From a virus (taxonomy: Duplodnaviria; Caudoviricetes): 60,276 bases of DNA. A program made the position numbers and the translations under genes. The DNA is taken from positions 1 through 60,276 of the IMG/VR virus record IMGVR_UViG_3300036859_000206. One strand, written 5' to 3'. Positions 16,445 to 26,092 of this stretch are shown one piece after another; within the stretch, counting starts at the first letter, position 1; every line of letters starts with the position of its first letter. Under the pieces are notes generated by a model. The model was not told the origin of the DNA and did not search any database. It saw only the letters and a list, made by a program, of their open reading frames with translations.

Positions 16445-18357
16445 TAGGACAACTCCCCTGTTAGCGTGTACTGAGTCTCGCAGCTCTGCTGGTCGCTTCG
16501 CGTCGATCCAACACTAGCAGATGCATGCATGGCGGACAACGCAGCCGCGGCGAGGTTTGAGCTTACCTGCGCCAGCGTCTCCTTGTCGCGCAAGAGCAGG
16601 TTGGCAATCTGGATCGCTTGCTGCACATTGATTTCAGCGGACTTGAGCGCCCCGTCTACCTTCGCGCGCTCTTTTTCGACCAAGAGCTGGAATTGACGGT
16701 TGTCCGTCTCGGCGCTGGCCTGGGCAATTTGGCCGTCAGCCACATAAAGCTGGGTTAGCCCCTGGAAGATCTGGACTTGTGCATTGACCCGATCACGCTC
16801 GGCTTGGATGTCGGCAATCAAGCGTTGGACTTTGCCGAGCCAGATGCGCAGCGCCTGGTCTTGCTCATCGATGAGGAGACGTTTTTGAGCGATCAACGAA
16901 GCGTTGGTTTCAGACCACGCGGCGACTCGCCCACGGAAGGCGTTGACGGCGGATTCGTAGATACGTGCCTTGATCTCCTCGATGGTCGCCTTGGCCTTGA
17001 ACCCTTCCCACTCGGCGACGTAAGCGCGAACGCGCTCGCCGTATGCCTCCACCTTGTACTTGTACCCTTGGAGGATCGTGGCGTTCGCCTCGGCCTCAAT
17101 CTTCCTCGCATTCACCCGTTCGCCGTAATACTCGATCAGCGCCTTCACGGCTTCGGTCTGAGCCTTGTAGCGTTCCACGAGGTCTTTGTTGATCTCACCG
17201 ATCAGCCGCTGCGCGTCAATCTGCGCTTTCAACACCTCGACCTTGGCGAGTTCACCACGGATACGGATTTCGTATACCTGTGCCTGCACTGCGAAAGCGC
17301 GATTCTGCGCATCGAACAGCGCGACACGCGCCTCGAAGATCCGGACGGAGACATCAAACGTGACCTTGGCCGCATCAAGCAACCGCTGTTGCCTGGAATT
17401 GAACAGCTGAATCAGCTGGCCTTCGAGACTGATCCCTTGCGTCACCGCGAACTTGACGTTCTCGATCGCGATCTTGCGCACTTCGATCAGGTTCTCGCGC
17501 AGGAGACTCGAACGCTTGTTCTGCCCGTCCTGCCGAATCGTGGCAAGGCGCTTGGCTAGGATGCCGCTTGGCTCGCTGAACCCGCGCGCGGCGTATTCCT
17601 CGGTGGTCTCGTCGAGTGCTCGGTTGATGCCCTCTTCCTCGCGCGCGGCGGCGCGGTCGTACAAGGCTTGCTCAATCGCTGCTGGCAACCCCGTCGTCCC
17701 GCCGATCATCTCCGTAATCTTTGACTGGAGCGTGGTCAGCATCGTCGTGGTGTATTCACCCTCCTGATAGTTGAACGTCTGCCCAGGCGCAGTGAAATCC
17801 ACGGTCGGTGCTACGGCCGTGAACGTCGGCAACGTGATCGTTGGGAAATCCGGCAGGGTGATCGGCAGGAAGATCGGTGATTCCGGCAGAACGACGTCCG
17901 GCTCATCTGGCATGATCGGCACACTGATGATCGGCGGATCGCCGGGGTCCGTGGCGGTCAGATTCCCAGGCTGACCGCTGATGTTGACCGATGGCACCGG
18001 AGGCAGGTTATCCGGAGGCGCTGGCCCGAAGTTCACTTGCCCAACCGGATTGAACGCCAAATCTCCTGGGTCGTTCAGATTTCCACTGTCGTAGTGGATT
18101 TTCGGCTCGTCAGGGCGATTCGGCGTATTGAATCCGCCCAAATCAGGATTGATGTCAAACGATGCGTTGAAGTTGAACGGCTGGATCGTGAAAGCCGATA
18201 GATCGGTGATCGCGGCCTGCGCCATTGCGAACATCGACGAGCCATACGTCTGGAATGTGCCCCATGCGTTGGCTGCCAGGATGACGGCCGGATCGCCGAT
18301 CAGATTAGGACAACTCGGTGCGGTAGCCACGGGATTCTCCTCAGAGCCTGCGCTCAA
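16444..18357 (-). CDS. Virion structural protein, Pro-rich N-terminus and long coiled coil
   Basis: Position in virion operon; long alpha-helical segment. Confidence 0.7.
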   Translation of the reverse strand: MSAGSEENPVATAPSCPNLIGDPAVILAANAWGTFQTYGSSMFAMAQAAITDLSAFTIQPFNFNASFDINPDLGGFNTPNRPDEPKIHYDSGNLNDPGDLAFNPVGQVNFGPAPPDNLPPVPSVNISGQPGNLTATDPGDPPIISVPIMPDEPDVVLPESPIFLPITLPDFPTITLPTFTAVAPTVDFTAPGQTFNYQEGEYTTTMLTTLQSKITEMIGGTTGLPAAIEQALYDRAAAREEEGINRALDETTEEYAARGFSEPSGILAKRLATIRQDGQNKRSSLLRENLIEVRKIAIENVKFAVTQGISLEGQLIQLFNSRQQRLLDAAKVTFDVSVRIFEARVALFDAQNRAFAVQAQVYEIRIRGELAKVEVLKAQIDAQRLIGEINKDLVERYKAQTEAVKALIEYYGERVNARKIEAEANATILQGYKYKVEAYGERVRAYVAEWEGFKAKATIEEIKARIYESAVNAFRGRVAAWSETNASLIAQKRLLIDEQDQALRIWLGKVQRLIADIQAERDRVNAQVQIFQGLTQLYVADGQIAQASAETDNRQFQLLVEKERAKVDGALKSAEINVQQAIQIANLLLRDKETLAQVSSNLAAAALSAMHASASVGSTRSDQQSCETQYTLTGELS

Positions 18358-19570
18358 GAACCATTGGGTACAACTCTACGACATCGAGCTCGAAATCGGC
18401 CCCATCCTTGTTGCTAATCTCGAAGGCCCAGTACACCGACTTCAATCCTCTGCCCACCTTGATCCGGCCGCTGCGCATGGCTGGCGCGTCTTGATCGACT
18501 TGCTCGTACCACCATTCGATTTTTTGGCCAGCTTCGTTGACGCTAACGACCTTGAGTACCATCTGGCCATCGGATCGGTAGCCGAGATAGGCCGAGGTGA
18601 TGCGCTTTTGCAACCCAGTCCCAAGATTTGTCATTCCGGTTCGCAGGCTGCTCGATATCGCTGTGCCAGCGTCGTCATCGCCCTCAAGAAGGTAGATTCC
18701 GGTCTCTGCGCAGCCGTAATATTTGCCCTCGAATTCGGCGAACGAGTTGAAGTTGAAGTTGCTATACTGGTACGCGGCAGCGGTCTGCGTGTTAAGAACC
18801 CAAGCGTCGTAGACATCACCCTCAGTTTCCAGCGTAAGCGCAACGTTGATGCCCTCTGACAGTGCCACCGTGAGCGCCTGGAACACGCCAGCCACATCGT
18901 TGACGTTGACCGTTTCGAGATTCAGGACTGTCATTGTCCCTAGGTCGCCAACAACGTCTGCCAGAGCCGCTGCTGCCGCAACCGCCTGAACCGCCAGAAG
19001 CACATGAGTCGGGGTGCCGGTGACGGCCGCAGAATCGCTGGTCAGGACAAAATACCCGGCCTCGATGCTGTCGCCGGTGATCGCCGTTGCTGCAACGCTT
19101 TGCAGATAGTTGCCGGTCATCGCCAGTGCGTCAGCCAGCGCGGCAGAATCGGCGACCTCCTGAAGCGCCGTTACGATGGACGAGAGCGATGCGGACCAGT
19201 CAGCCGTCGCGCTCGTCGACACCGTGATCTCTATGGCCACGCTTTCTCCGGCAGCTGCTGTGTCGGTCAATGGATAAGATTGCGTTGCGGTATGAACCAG
19301 CGCTGCGGTCAGTGCAATGGCATCTGTCAGCAATGCCGCCATGATGGTCGATACGGAAGCCACAACGGCAACCGACTCAGAAACCGGAACGGAAATCTCA
19401 GCTGCAAGCCCGTCTGATGTGCCGGCGGCCGTACTGCTGAGCAACGCAGCCCAATCGATCAACATGCCTGTGGTGCTGGCCGCGCTGGACGATAGCTGCG
19501 TGGCGAGCACGATAGTCATGCTGTCGGAGCCATCCGCAGCGTCGTTCAGATCTTCGTCGTACGAAGGCAT
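18341..19570 (-). CDS. Virion/tail structural protein
   Basis: Ala/Ser/Thr/Asp-rich repeats and a beta-rich C-terminal domain. Confidence 0.65.
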   Translation of the reverse strand: MPSYDEDLNDAADGSDSMTIVLATQLSSSAASTTGMLIDWAALLSSTAAGTSDGLAAEISVPVSESVAVVASVSTIMAALLTDAIALTAALVHTATQSYPLTDTAAAGESVAIEITVSTSATADWSASLSSIVTALQEVADSAALADALAMTGNYLQSVAATAITGDSIEAGYFVLTSDSAAVTGTPTHVLLAVQAVAAAAALADVVGDLGTMTVLNLETVNVNDVAGVFQALTVALSEGINVALTLETEGDVYDAWVLNTQTAAAYQYSNFNFNSFAEFEGKYYGCAETGIYLLEGDDDAGTAISSSLRTGMTNLGTGLQKRITSAYLGYRSDGQMVLKVVSVNEAGQKIEWWYEQVDQDAPAMRSGRIKVGRGLKSVYWAFEISNKDGADFELDVVELYPMVLERRL

Positions 19571-19573
19571 TTG

Positions 19574-19855
19574 TCACCACCTCGACTGCGGGCATTGGCT
19601 CTTGGCTAGCCACGTCTTAACCGACATCTTACATCCGCATCCACCTTGCTTGCGGTCGCACATCCCGGCATCCGTAAGCAAAGGACAGGCTTGGCAGATG
19701 CTTAGCCTTCGGTCCCGTTCCGCCGCAGGAACCATGATTGCCGATGGGCGCGAGCGTGCCTTAGCGATGCTGGCAGCATGACGGAGCCTGTGCAGGCGCC
19801 GGTTGAGGCCCTTCCACTGCCATTCTGTCCAGCGCAAAAGAAGCGTGCTCAGCAC
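19574..19855 (-). CDS. Cys-rich DUF6171-like protein
   Basis: RRLSICQACP...C...CGC...K.....CP..RW. Confidence 0.7.
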   Translation of the reverse strand: MLSTLLLRWTEWQWKGLNRRLHRLRHAASIAKARSRPSAIMVPAAERDRRLSICQACPLLTDAGMCDRKQGGCGCKMSVKTWLAKSQCPQSRW

Positions 19856-19858
19856 GGG

Positions 19859-22441
19859 TCAGATTCCAGTCGGTCGATACAGATCGTACAATGGCCAGAT
19901 CGGGTAGAACGAGAGGTCGGTGTCGCCGGCCCCTAGCGCTGGATCATCCCATCCAACCAGAACGCCAGGCTCTTGGCCATTGGACAAAACGTTTTTGTAC
20001 GCCTGCTCGGTTTCCGAGAAGCCCCACGGGATGCTCACGAAGTGAGCCTTGTTGTAGAACATCGAGGTTGCGCCAGCGTAGTTGACAATCTGCACTTGCG
20101 GATGGACCCGCAACATCCATGTGATTGGACCAGCGCCTGGCTTTGGTAGTCCAATGCCGTTGTTGCTCCAAAAATCACCGACCGCAGTCTCGGTTGGGTT
20201 GGAGACCGGCGAGGGCACGAAAAAGTCGTACAGATCCAGGTCTGGTGTCTGGTGTGATTCGTCATACGCATCGCCAGGATCGCAATACGTTGTCGGCTCT
20301 GATCCATCCGAGAATCGAATCGTGGTCAACCAATTCTCAGGATACGTGTGGCTCGATCCGCTGATCGGTGTGGTATCAGAATCCGTCACCGTGTCCACGG
20401 CTGACTCATACGAGATATCGCCTACGAGCAAAACGTATTTGCGGTCAGCCGATTGGCTTATGGACGAAGATCCAGTTGATGTTGTCTGAAACCCATCGGT
20501 ATCGAAATCGTCGCCAGACCCGGATGTTTCAACCGACAGACCATCTGTTCTAGTATGGACCTCCTCAATGTAGGCGTAGACCCGGTTTCTCGGATCGATA
20601 TGTATGGTCGGTCTTCGCGTGGTCGTCACGGTCGATGATCGTTCTTGCGTCGAGTCATAATCGTACGCGGTCTCGAAATCATCACCAGGGCGTAACGTGC
20701 AGGTCGGTGCGAATGCCGTACCCACAACGCTGGGCAGAGCATTGTTATCCAGCGTGAATGTGGTCGTGATGGTTTCACTGCCGGTTTCGGTGCGTTGATA
20801 CAGCAAGATCTCGTCGGTGCACGCTCCGCTGAAGGATAGATAATGCCGTTCGAGTTTGGTCGTGTCGATCTGAGTACCAAGATTGTTTGCGACGTTTAGA
20901 TGGTAGTTAACCTCCACCATTGGAAAATTGTCGCCGCCATCTATTGTGGCTTGGCAGGTGGCCGGCAGGTCGCACAATGACGATTGATCGCCGCTTTGCG
21001 TGAATGTTGGAATGCCGTCGGTTATCGTGGTCACGATGTCCGCAGATGCTTCGATCCGCAGATGGGCCTTTATCAGCACGTCTTCCTTGTAATCGTAACC
21101 GACTAGGTAGGTCTCCTGCGCCGCGTAATAATCGTGCCCGTTTCCGTGTGATATCACGTTTCCTAATGGAATGCCGAAGGCGCACACGCAACCATCACGA
21201 CAATCCTCACCGCCTTGGATGCTGTGGAATATAGTTACCGGCATGCATTCCTGCTGGGCTATCGGCAGGTAGTCGACGTATTCCGTGTCCGTAGGAGCCA
21301 CATCCAGATCAACCTCCTCGAACACTACCGCATCGACGGTACTGAGATGCGCTCTAACGCCGTAGGGCTGATTTCCGCGCGCCGCTTGGCCATCGATGAC
21401 GCAAAAATGCGCCTCCGTACATGAGGCATTGAACGCCGCGTGATGGATCGGATTACCGGCCTCGCTATCGTAGGTGCCTAAGTCAATGCGATTGCGCGCT
21501 ACGTATTTGCGTTTCCCGCCAGCTATTTCGGCGGCCGTCGGCGGCCCTAACTCCCAGCGGAACATATGCACTTGACTTGAGCCGTACCAATCGCAGGCCA
21601 GTACGAAAAGGTAGGACTCACTGGAGCTGATCCTACGAACGGCGGCGCCCATTACCAGAAAGCCGGAACCACTTGCAGGCGTTCCACCGTCACTCGGTGG
21701 ATATGATGTGTCATCCAGAACGGCTATGCCGCGGAACCAAACGGCCGCAGTGTTGTATCCGCTCGCAATGTTGTAATTGTCGCCGTCGATGGTGACGATT
21801 AAGCTGTCCCCACCCCAGCCTTTGTTGCCGAAGTAGCGGGTCGACGCTACCCCATACCAAGTGCAACCAAGGTGCTCGCGTTGCTTGCCGACCCAGTCTT
21901 TGTTCCCGCCCTGAAGATACGGGTATTCCAGCTTCCTGCGGCCACAACCAGGGTCAACCGTCTTGTATTCGCCAAGCGTAAAGCCTTCTGGCGGTGAAAG
22001 ATTGAGCGTTGCGGCTGACCAAAAGTATGGCTTGTAACTGGGGCCTTGCGTCGTTGTACCGGAACCTTTGATTCGCAGCAATACTTCAACCCGCCTTAGC
22101 GGATCATCCGGGTGGTAATCAGGCCAGTCCGCTTGGAATAAACCAAGGCTGGTGCTGTTCTCCATTGGCACGCACACGAACCCCTCGAGAGCTTGCGGCG
22201 CGCACTCCTCGGCCGCTTGCAGCGCAGTCACGTCGATTTGGATGATCGGTATGCCACCGGCCACCCGTACAGTGTACGTAACCCCGTACGATGTCTCTAT
22301 CGTGCGACTGCCAAAGCCGAGTCGGCCCAGGCGCATGCGCTGCACCAATTCGCCCAAGTAACCGCGCGCTTCCGGAATGAACCGTTCCGCCAGCGCGCGG
22401 TCGCCAACAAAACGTTTGGCGACCCAGCCGGTGTAGCGCAT
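19859..22441 (-). CDS. Tail/host-recognition virion protein (860 aa)
   Basis: Position; Thr/Asp/Cys-rich beta content; more A/T-ending codons than the core genes. Confidence 0.6.
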   Translation of the reverse strand: MRYTGWVAKRFVGDRALAERFIPEARGYLGELVQRMRLGRLGFGSRTIETSYGVTYTVRVAGGIPIIQIDVTALQAAEECAPQALEGFVCVPMENSTSLGLFQADWPDYHPDDPLRRVEVLLRIKGSGTTTQGPSYKPYFWSAATLNLSPPEGFTLGEYKTVDPGCGRRKLEYPYLQGGNKDWVGKQREHLGCTWYGVASTRYFGNKGWGGDSLIVTIDGDNYNIASGYNTAAVWFRGIAVLDDTSYPPSDGGTPASGSGFLVMGAAVRRISSSESYLFVLACDWYGSSQVHMFRWELGPPTAAEIAGGKRKYVARNRIDLGTYDSEAGNPIHHAAFNASCTEAHFCVIDGQAARGNQPYGVRAHLSTVDAVVFEEVDLDVAPTDTEYVDYLPIAQQECMPVTIFHSIQGGEDCRDGCVCAFGIPLGNVISHGNGHDYYAAQETYLVGYDYKEDVLIKAHLRIEASADIVTTITDGIPTFTQSGDQSSLCDLPATCQATIDGGDNFPMVEVNYHLNVANNLGTQIDTTKLERHYLSFSGACTDEILLYQRTETGSETITTTFTLDNNALPSVVGTAFAPTCTLRPGDDFETAYDYDSTQERSSTVTTTRRPTIHIDPRNRVYAYIEEVHTRTDGLSVETSGSGDDFDTDGFQTTSTGSSSISQSADRKYVLLVGDISYESAVDTVTDSDTTPISGSSHTYPENWLTTIRFSDGSEPTTYCDPGDAYDESHQTPDLDLYDFFVPSPVSNPTETAVGDFWSNNGIGLPKPGAGPITWMLRVHPQVQIVNYAGATSMFYNKAHFVSIPWGFSETEQAYKNVLSNGQEPGVLVGWDDPALGAGDTDLSFYPIWPLYDLYRPTGI

Positions 22442-22451
22442 GCTTCACCGA

Positions 22452-23024
22452 TCAACTGCTCGTCAGTGAGACCGTATAGGCGATGGAGAGCACGTCGGTC
22501 GCCACCAAGGTCCGGACCGCTGAGAACTTCGCCGCGCAGAACAGCGTTCCGGTCGTGCCGGATTTGGTACTTACCGACTGGATCGCGGCACCCCAAACGG
22601 AGCCGCCGCCGGTGTCAATCGTGAACGCTGCCTTGGACGCGGAATTCGTCGTCGACTGCGAGCTCGCCGCGGCCTCGACGTAGGTTTGCCGAACCGTCTC
22701 GGTGTAGGTCGTGAACTCGGTCGCGTTTGCGACGTAATTCGCTGCCGTCCAGGTCGCGGCCGGCGAGACATTGCCACTGGAGAGCGACACGTACCACGTC
22801 GTGATCTGCGTCGATGCGTGGAGCATGATGTCGAGCATCGCGTTCAGGCCCTCGTTCACGACGAGGTTTGGATCCTCGCGAACGTCGCGGCCGTTGACGT
22901 CGGTCACGAACAAACCCGAGGCGACGAGCTTGGATGCCGGAAACACGATCCCGCTCGCACTGCGCTCCCAATGGTGGTTGCGGAGTGCTCGACGGAGCTC
23001 GGAAAACAGTCGGTAGCCTTTCAT
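22452..23024 (-). CDS. Tail structural protein
   Basis: GAGGAG RBS; NLVVNEGLNAML...D.L.I.Y tail-protein pattern. Confidence 0.7.
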   Translation of the reverse strand: MKGYRLFSELRRALRNHHWERSASGIVFPASKLVASGLFVTDVNGRDVREDPNLVVNEGLNAMLDIMLHASTQITTWYVSLSSGNVSPAATWTAANYVANATEFTTYTETVRQTYVEAAASSQSTTNSASKAAFTIDTGGGSVWGAAIQSVSTKSGTTGTLFCAAKFSAVRTLVATDVLSIAYTVSLTSS

Positions 23025-23034
23025 GTTTCTCTCC

Positions 23035-23181
23035 TCACCACTTGTTGATAGGGCAATGCAGTACGCGCACACGCGTTCGCAGATTGATCGAACAACCGCA
23101 CTTCAGACACACGTTCACCGCGCCGCGCCGCAGGAACTCACAGCTCTCGCAGATCGCCAGCCGTCGCTCGCGCTCGGTCAC
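23035..23181 (-). CDS. Second Cys-rich DUF6171-like protein (48 aa)
   Basis: GTGA overlap; ERRLAICESCE...CLKCGC......CPINKW. Confidence 0.7.
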   Translation of the reverse strand: MTERERRLAICESCEFLRRGAVNVCLKCGCSINLRTRVRVLHCPINKW

Positions 23182-24491
23182 GGGATTTCCACTCCGTTGC
23201 GGTAGATCGTCGCCACGGCCGAATCGCTGGCCTTTAGACTGGCCTGCGTGCCAGCGTTGTTGAGCGTGGCGATCAGCTGCTTGATGCCGCGGTTCTCGCG
23301 GTAGAGCGCCGCGCCGCGCTCGTACTCCGGCAACGCCACGCGGTTCTCGGTGAGCGGCTGGATCGAGCCGCGCATCCCGACAACGAACGATCCGTTGGTG
23401 GCGACCCACACCGGGTACTCCTCAGCGGTCGCTTTCAGGAACGCCGGCAGGGACGAACCGCGCACGTAGCGCAGCGTCCCGGCGACGGCGCCATGCGGGT
23501 AGGCGACCACGCGCTGCCATGTCTTGGGCGAGGCTCCGGAGAGGTAGTAGGTCTGGTGGCCGGCAGCGACGTAGAGACCGGCATCGGCGCCTATTCCGAT
23601 CGGCGCGAGCATCGTGCCGCGGTCATGGAAGCGCAGGTAGTTCTCGAACGGCGTGGTCAGCCCAGGCAGCAGCGGGTGCGACCAGTACAACACCCGGTCT
23701 ACCATCACCAGCGACATGCCGTTGAACCACGCGACGCATTGGCCGGCCGGCATCGGCTCCATGAACTGCGTGCCGAGAGGCGCGGTGACATCGGTACGGC
23801 CGATGATGTAGCTGGTCACGCCGACCGGCAGATCATGCGCCCAGAACAACACGTCACCGTTGGCCTTCGAGCGGTAGATGCGAACCGTGTCCACGGCGGC
23901 GTCGACCGGCTGCGGGATGTACGTAAGCTGGATGCCTTTGCCATCCGTGATGTCGACCAGCGCTGCTAGGGTCGATCCGCCTTCCTCCCCGGCCCGCAGG
24001 TACGTGATTGCGACCTGATAGGTGCCGCCGTCAAGGCCGCCGCTCGCGTACGCTGCAAGGGCGGGCACACCGCTTGGCGACTCGACGCCCCAGGTGGAGA
24101 CCGCGCCGGTGTAGCTCACGCGGCCGGTCAGCTGGCTGTTACTCCAGTAGATCATGCGGTCGGAGGCGGTGTAGGTCAGCGGCAGACCGGCGTTGAGCCC
24201 GGACTTGAGCGTAGTCGGCGCCATCTCGCCCGTGACCGACTTCAGCGCCCCGTTGTCGACGTAGAGCATGAATGGACAGTCGGGCGCGCGGTACAGCGAG
24301 TGCGAGCGCGTGGTCGTCAGCGACTTCGTATACCCGTCGCGACGCCGCAGCTTGCCCGTGTCCGGATACAGGTCGCAGTCTACGATCAAGCGCGCGGACC
24401 CGGCCTTGAGAGCGAACTCCGGCGTGATGTTGTCGACGCCGAGCGGCCAACCCTTGAGTGCGACCAGCGACTTGTCCTGGACGCCGGCCAT
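23178..24491 (-). CDS. Tail nozzle/stabilisation-type protein
   Basis: Follows the adaptor; GWPLGVDN...GKLRRRDG N-terminus and beta-rich body as in podovirus nozzle proteins. Confidence 0.65.
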   Translation of the reverse strand: MAGVQDKSLVALKGWPLGVDNITPEFALKAGSARLIVDCDLYPDTGKLRRRDGYTKSLTTTRSHSLYRAPDCPFMLYVDNGALKSVTGEMAPTTLKSGLNAGLPLTYTASDRMIYWSNSQLTGRVSYTGAVSTWGVESPSGVPALAAYASGGLDGGTYQVAITYLRAGEEGGSTLAALVDITDGKGIQLTYIPQPVDAAVDTVRIYRSKANGDVLFWAHDLPVGVTSYIIGRTDVTAPLGTQFMEPMPAGQCVAWFNGMSLVMVDRVLYWSHPLLPGLTTPFENYLRFHDRGTMLAPIGIGADAGLYVAAGHQTYYLSGASPKTWQRVVAYPHGAVAGTLRYVRGSSLPAFLKATAEEYPVWVATNGSFVVGMRGSIQPLTENRVALPEYERGAALYRENRGIKQLIATLNNAGTQASLKASDSAVATIYRNGVEIP

Positions 24492-25174
24492 CAGATGAAC
24501 CTCGGGATCGAGCCGCGGATCGCCGCGGTGGCCCATAGCTTGATCTCGTGCGCGGACGGACGCTCGCCGAAATACGCGGTGAACTTCGCATCAGCCACCG
24601 CGGCGCGCGCAGGGTCGTGCGTTTCGGCGTCCTTGACGTTGTAGGCCAAGTGCTCGGCCCAATCGACTAGGTGCCGGTGACCGCCGTTGTCGACGATGAC
24701 CGGCTCGCCGTCAGGATTCGACTCGCGCAGGAGTTCGTTGTCGAGCGGCGCGCGCCACGCCGCGATGACCAGCGTGCCATCTTCGTCCGGCAGTGGGCTG
24801 AACGCGACGTTGCCGTCCTGGTAGTCCATCACGAGGTACTTCGGCGTCCCCGTGTTGGTGTCGACATCCCAGCTCTCGCGGATGCGCAGCAGACGCTTGG
24901 TGGCGATGCGTTCGAGCGTGCTGTTCTGGCCGTCGATCTTCGCCGTGCGGACGATCAAGGTCTTCGGGTGCAGCTTGACCAGCCGATCGCCAGCCTCGTA
25001 CTCGAGCCGGCACATCGGGTCGTACTGCGACTCCATCAGCAGCCGCGAGCGGAGGCATGCCTCGGTCACGGCCTCGTTCAAGTAGCCGGTGACGGTCTCA
25101 TCCGACCACAGCGGCGGGTCGGCCCCATCGTCCGTGTTGATCCTGAACAGAGCGATGAGGTCGTCCAGCGTCAT
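24491..25174 (-). CDS. Head-tail adaptor protein
   Basis: MTLDDLI..FR...DD...LWSD.....YLNEA..EAC.R N-terminus. Confidence 0.75.
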   Translation of the reverse strand: MTLDDLIALFRINTDDGADPPLWSDETVTGYLNEAVTEACLRSRLLMESQYDPMCRLEYEAGDRLVKLHPKTLIVRTAKIDGQNSTLERIATKRLLRIRESWDVDTNTGTPKYLVMDYQDGNVAFSPLPDEDGTLVIAAWRAPLDNELLRESNPDGEPVIVDNGGHRHLVDWAEHLAYNVKDAETHDPARAAVADAKFTAYFGERPSAHEIKLWATAAIRGSIPRFI

Positions 25175-25180
25175 GCGGGA

Positions 25181-25510
25181 TCAGAACTCGTTCGGCGGCG
25201 CGCTCGACGCGCCGGCGTCCGTGGGCGCGTCGGCCTGAGCGGTGACGACGACGGGCGGTTTCTCGGCAGCCTTCTTCGGCGCAGTGGTCGCGACAGCCTT
25301 CTTCTGCGCCGGACCTTGGTAGACGCGGTAGCCCTCGACGATCGAAAGCAGTCTACCGATGTGCGCCGGATCCTCAACCTCAGCGACGTGCGCGCTGGTC
25401 GGATCGGCCGGATCGACCGGCGTGAAGTAGTACGTGCCCTTCGGCCACTGGTCGTTCGCGTCGAACGTGATGGGGGCCTTGGGTCGCTTGTTGAGGGATT
25501 CGATCAACAT
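25181..25510 (-). CDS. Hypothetical head-associated protein
   Basis: GGAG RBS; YYF.P...HVAEVED..HI.RLLSI.EGYR. Confidence 0.7.
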   Translation of the reverse strand: MLIESLNKRPKAPITFDANDQWPKGTYYFTPVDPADPTSAHVAEVEDPAHIGRLLSIVEGYRVYQGPAQKKAVATTAPKKAAEKPPVVVTAQADAPTDAGASSAPPNEF

Positions 25511-25528
25511 GTTGATCTCCAGTCGGTT

Positions 25529-25563
25529 GAAGAAAAGCCCCGGCACACTAGGCACCGGGGCTC
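25529..25563 (-). terminator. Rho-independent terminator after capsid/decoration genes
   Basis: AGCCCCGG-loop-CCGGGGCT followed by TTTCTT on the minus strand. Confidence 0.75.
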
Positions 25564-25590
25564 TATTTCTAGCACGCCAACCGATGCGGA

Positions 25591-26079
25591 TCAGGTGATA
25601 TCGGCGTCGTCGTCGGTGTACGGCCGGAAAAAAGCGTCGAGGTAGATGACGCCAGTCTTCGGATTCGTGGCCGATGCGTTCACCGCCTTGATGTAGATCG
25701 GCACGTTGGCTTCCTTGGCCCCAAGTTCAGCCGTGCCGGCGACAATCAGAAAGTCCTCGCCGGTCATCACGACCGCCGTCTCGGACGCTTGGTTGCCCTT
25801 GAGCGCATCGGGGTCGGTCGCCGAACCGATCGCAAAGTCGCCAGTCGGGGTCCCGTTGCTGTCGAGCTGAGGGACTTCAGCGTGGCCCAGGTGCGGCACC
25901 AGTTTCATGCCGGCCGGCACCACACCGATTTCGAGCAGGTCGTTGGCCACGATCGTGGCCGTCGTCGGCGCGTAATTCGCGTCCGAGAGGTCAAACTTGA
26001 ATCGCCGGAACGTGATCTCGCCAGCCGACATCGGGCTCGGGAGCTTGTGGCTGTTGGCCGGGTTTGCGTAGGTCGTCAT
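25591..26079 (-). CDS. Capsid decoration/cement-like protein
   Basis: Immediately after the MCP; AGGAG RBS; beta-rich, 162 aa. Confidence 0.65.
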   Translation of the reverse strand: MTTYANPANSHKLPSPMSAGEITFRRFKFDLSDANYAPTTATIVANDLLEIGVVPAGMKLVPHLGHAEVPQLDSNGTPTGDFAIGSATDPDALKGNQASETAVVMTGEDFLIVAGTAELGAKEANVPIYIKAVNASATNPKTGVIYLDAFFRPYTDDDADIT

Positions 26080-26092
26080 GTCATTCGCTCCT

